NCBI GenBank assembly: GCA_904063045.1
Contig: CAJFCJ010000002.1
Span: 1,944,422-2,008,421, forward strand
DNA length: 64,000 bases
Reading direction: 5' to 3'
Source of the DNA: Dimorphilus gyrociliatus
Lineage: Eukaryota; Animalia; Annelida
The position numbers were made by a program, and so were the translations under genes. The notes beneath the pieces were generated by a model, which was given only the letters and a program-made list of their open reading frames with translations, had not been told where the DNA came from and searched no databases. The stretch's first letter is position 1. Each line of letters opens with the position of its first letter. Below, one piece after another: positions 60,372 through 64,000 of the stretch.

Positions 60372-63300
60372 TTAAGATTCCGAAGTCGTTCTGGTCGTCT
60401 TCGTCTTTACGGTGATACCACCACCCTGTATTTTATAAAATCAATTTAGATATACATTGTTGATATTTTATCCATTTTGTTTTTAATGATTCACTTACCG
60501 ATATGGTTTTGGTAGCAGAGACTGAGCTACGATTCTTAGCTCTAAGCTTAGCCAAAGTATTTTCAGCCATATCGGCTCTCTCTTCGGCATCTTCGAGTTC
60601 GTGTTGAACCTTTCTGTATTTTGCCAAATTAACGGCGGCAATCTCTTCGGCCTCTTCAACTTGTCTCTTGTATGTCTTGATTTTGTTTTGAAGTTTATCG
60701 ATAACATCTTGCATTCTTTCTTGACCCTTTCTGTCCTCGTCGCTCTGGAAAGCCAACTCCTTTAGTCTTCTCTCTTGTTTCCTCATGTTCTTGACGCTTT
60801 CGGCGTGTCGTCTTTGCTCGTTATCTAACTCAACTTCCAATTCTCTGACTCTTTGTTCCATCTTCTGGATCATTCTCTTTCCACCCTTCAAAGCTGATGC
60901 TTCGGCTTCATCAAGTCTAACTTGAAGTTCCTTGACCTGGGATTCTAGGCTTCTCCTCATCTTTTCGATTGAACCAGCATGATCTTGCTCTTGCCTGAGA
61001 TCCTCAGCTAATCTTGCGGCGTCGATCATTGCTTTCTTAGCTCTCTCTTCAGAGCTCTTTAATTCGTTCATTTGATCATCCAAGTCACTCTGCATAGCCT
61101 GAATATCAGTCTCATATTTTCTCTTTTGAGCAGCCAAAGAAGTATTAACAGTTTGGAGTTCAGATACTCTATCAGCAGCTTCGTGCAATTCGCTTTCAGC
61201 GGCCTTTCTAGCTCGTTCGGCAGCTTCCAATTGAGTTCTCAATTCTTCGATCTCACCAGCGAGGATATTAGCTCTTCTTTCAGAAGAGGCATATTGTTCT
61301 CTGGCTTCATCACGAGCTCTCTGTTCTTCATCAATAGTTTGTTGAACTTCTCTGATTTGTTGTTGGTATTTTTTGAGGTTCTTTTCAGCTTCGGCTCTGC
61401 CTCTGTTAGCACCATCAAGAGCAACTTCCAATTCGTTGATATCTTGCTCCAACTTCTTCTTGACTCTCATTGCCTCGCTCTTTCCTCTGCTTTCAGCTTC
61501 AAGAGAAGCCTGCATAGAATCAAGAGCTCTCTGGTGGTTACGTCTCGTGTTTTCGAATTCTTCATCCTTTTCTTGTAGCCTTCTCTCGATATCTTGACGA
61601 ACAGCCGAAATTTCAAGAGTGGCTCTCATAACTTTAGCCTCCTCTTGTTCGAGGGCGGCTTCGGCTTCTTCCAAGGCAGATTGTAATTCTTCCTTTTCCA
61701 TTTCTAATCTCTTTCTGGATTTTTCTAATTCGTGAACGCTTCGGCCTCCTTCTCCGAGTTGATCGGTAAGGTCGTGGATTTCATCGCTTAAGTTTTTGTT
61801 CTCTCTTCTCAAAGCTTCCATCATATCATGACTCTCCTCGATTTGAGTCTTAAGTTTGTAAACTTCAGCAGCATTTGTTCGGCTATCTCTTTGAGATTGT
61901 TCCAATTCGGATTGGATATCAGAAGCCTTCTTTTTCCATTCATCGATGGCTTTATCGAATTGTCTTTGCTTTTTCTCTGCTTGATTGGCGATGGCCTGAG
62001 ATCTTTCAACCTCAATCATGACATCTTCGAGTTCACCTTGGAGCCTGACCTTAGCTTTGTCCAAGCTGGAAACTTTAGCCTGAGCAGTCTCTAAAGCTTG
62101 TTCAGCCTCATTCAATTTGGCATTAAGTTTTCTCTTCATATCTTCCATCTCCTCGCTTCTAACACCACCTTCACCGGATTCGCACTTCCTTCTCCATTCA
62201 GCAACTTCATTCTGGGCCTTAGTAAGGTGTCTTTGTAAATCACTTCTACCTTCTTGTTCTTCTTCAAATTGTTCTCTGAGAGCGTCTAAGTCGGCTTGCA
62301 AGTTTCTAACCTCACCCTGCAATTTAGACTTAATTCTAGATTCATCTTCGAGATTAGCTTTGGTTTCTTCTAAGGTCTTGCTGAGGGTGGCTTTGGCTCG
62401 GGTCAATTGTTTTATCTGTGACAGGAGTGAAAAAATATTACTAAATCATTTATGTATTATGCTAATTCTTACTTGACTTTCAGCTTCTTCTAATTGTCTT
62501 AATAGTTCAGAAGATTCACTTTGTACACGGCTTTGTTGAGAGCTCATTTCGCTAATTTTTCTATCAGATTCTTCTAATTTAGCGTTGACTTCTCCCATTT
62601 GTCCTTCGAGTTGTTTGCCCAACTTCTCGGCGGCTGTCTTGCTCTTGCTGACATGTTCTAATTGAGATTGTAGGTCTTCACATTCGGAACGGAACTTATT
62701 TCTATCTTTCTCCATATTGGATTTAACCTTGGAAAGTTGATCTAATTGTTCAGTCAATTCATTAACGGCATCTTGTTGTTTCCTTCTAAGCTGAGCGGCG
62801 GTTTGCTCGTGTTGGATCTGTTGTTCTTCTAGATCTCTTCTTAACTTTTGCAATTCCATCTCTCTCTTTTTATTAAGGTCTACTTGGGCCTGAGTTGCAC
62901 CTCCAGCTTCATCCAAACGTTCAGACAATTCATCTAATTCCCTAGATAATTCGGCCCTCTGTTTTTCAACCTTGGACCTGGCAGCTCTCTCGGCTTCCAA
63001 CTCCTCTTCGAGTTCTTCAATTCTAGCTTGAAGAGCTTTGATTTTCTTTTGGAGTTGGGCAACAAGAGATTGCTCATCTTCTAACCTTGAGTTAAGGTTG
63101 GAGATCTCGCTATCCTTCTTTTTGATGTTTTCTTCTAAGGATCTCTTTACTCTGTCTAAGTCATCGACAGTTTCTTGGGTTTGTTTCAATTCGCCCTCTA
63201 GTTTTCTCTTAACCTTATCAACATCGGCTCTCATCTTCTTTTCTCGTTCTAGATTATCCTCGAGCTCATCAACTTGGTGCTCGAGCTTTTGTTTGAGCTT

Positions 63301-64000
63301 ATTCAGGTGGTTACATTTGTCTTCCTCCGCTGCTAGATCATCCTGAGTTTTCTTGAGGTTCTCATCTAGGTTCTTCTTCTCTTTATTCAGTTTAGCGATT
63401 TGCTCATCTTGAAGAGCCATCTCGTCATTCAAAGTTTTGATCTGATTATCCTTAGTTTGCTTATCTTGTTCGGCCTTTTGAAGATTCAATTCCAAATCTT
63501 CAACATCCTTTTTAAGATTTTCACACTCTTGCTCCATCTTTCTCTTTGTTTCTTCAAGAGCTTCGGCACCATCTTCCTCCTCTTGCAATCTTTCTTCCAT
63601 TTCTTTCAATTGGGACTCATGATCAGCCTTTTGGGTGATCAATTTTTGGATTGTCTCCTCTCTTTCTGTTAAAGTATCTTGCTCAGCTTGAAGTTGAAGG
63701 AAGAGATCATTCTTAGCTTGAAGTAGAGTTACGTTCTGTTCTTCCAACTCCTTCTTATGTTTTTCTAATTTCTCCAACAGCTCCTTAGCCTTTTCTAATT
63801 CTTCTTCCTTCTTCTTCATGTCATCTTCCTGTCTAGCAATAGACAACAAAGGCTTGACTCTTGTGTACAACTTCCACCATTGCCAATTTCTTAGAGTCAA
63901 CCACTTTCTGATGTTTCTCTGAATAACAGACAATCCAACACGTTGATCTTGGAGTTTCTTGTAATTCTTTCTCATCATATAACCACGGATGTGGGCTTGG
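60372..64000 (-). CDS. MYH: Muscle myosin II heavy chain (IQ region and rod); 5' part lies beyond the window
   Basis: QAHIRGYMMRKNYKKLQDQRVGLSVIQRNIRKWLTLRNWQWWKLYTRVKPLL, then a classic myosin rod ending KYRKVQHELEDAEERADMAENTLAKLRAK. One short intron near 62417-62471. Final exon GGGITVKTKTTRTTSES* ends at 60372. Confidence 0.97.

Noticed and set aside
60433-60497. Myosin C-terminus VSESLKTKWIKYQQCISKLIL shown in the ORF track
   Set aside because: This is read-through of an intron with a perfect gtaagt donor. The real last exon is GGGITVKTKTTRTTSES*.
60495-63672. Many antisense or alternative-frame ORFs over myosin, and likewise over PDIA5, CIP2A, the sushi gene and the coiled-coil gene
   Set aside because: These are shadow ORFs produced by the codon bias of the real genes and have no independent coding signal.
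62446-63978. A catchin/myorod-type alternative first exon inside the myosin rod
   Set aside because: The region where molluscan catchin joins the rod is one continuous exon here, and the only nearby intron is about 55 nt, leaving no room.
1-64000. CRISPR arrays, rRNA, prokaryotic operons or phage
   Set aside because: No spaced direct repeats or rRNA/tRNA signatures were seen, and all genes are spliceosomal-intron animal genes.

Overview
This is eukaryotic (animal) genomic DNA: AT-rich, gene-dense, with many short GT-AG introns of roughly 45-75 nt. There are no prokaryotic features, CRISPR arrays, rRNAs or recognisable tRNAs. The myosin regulatory-domain sequence is mollusc/annelid-like, so the source is probably a compact-genome lophotrochozoan such as a miniature annelid (inference). 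About 22 protein-coding genes can be traced, in order: a Ulp1-protease+PHD gene (probably 5'-incomplete), ZC3H13/Flacc, an orphan type I membrane protein, DYNLRB, TAF1B, an SLC15 peptide transporter, an SLC16-like transporter, ENOSF1, an expanded PDIA5, ADPRH, a microbial-type Zn alcohol dehydrogenase, a long coiled-coil protein, TIPRL, PEX3, a Ly6/three-finger GPI protein, FAM183/CFAP144, a C1-containing PI3K p85-type regulatory subunit, a CTL-EGF-sushi membrane protein, an intronless CIP2A, a small PY-motif membrane protein, an unknown protein, and the 3' part of muscle myosin heavy chain. The strongest finding is at PDIA5. One splice donor can join either a 31-nt terminal exon ending in KHNEL* (4 catalytic thioredoxin domains, ER-retention-like signal) or a 13-exon extension that adds 7 more thioredoxin-fold domains, carries many N-glycosylation sequons and lacks a retention signal. 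Exon boundaries were traced by hand and family assignments come from recalled motifs, not database searches.
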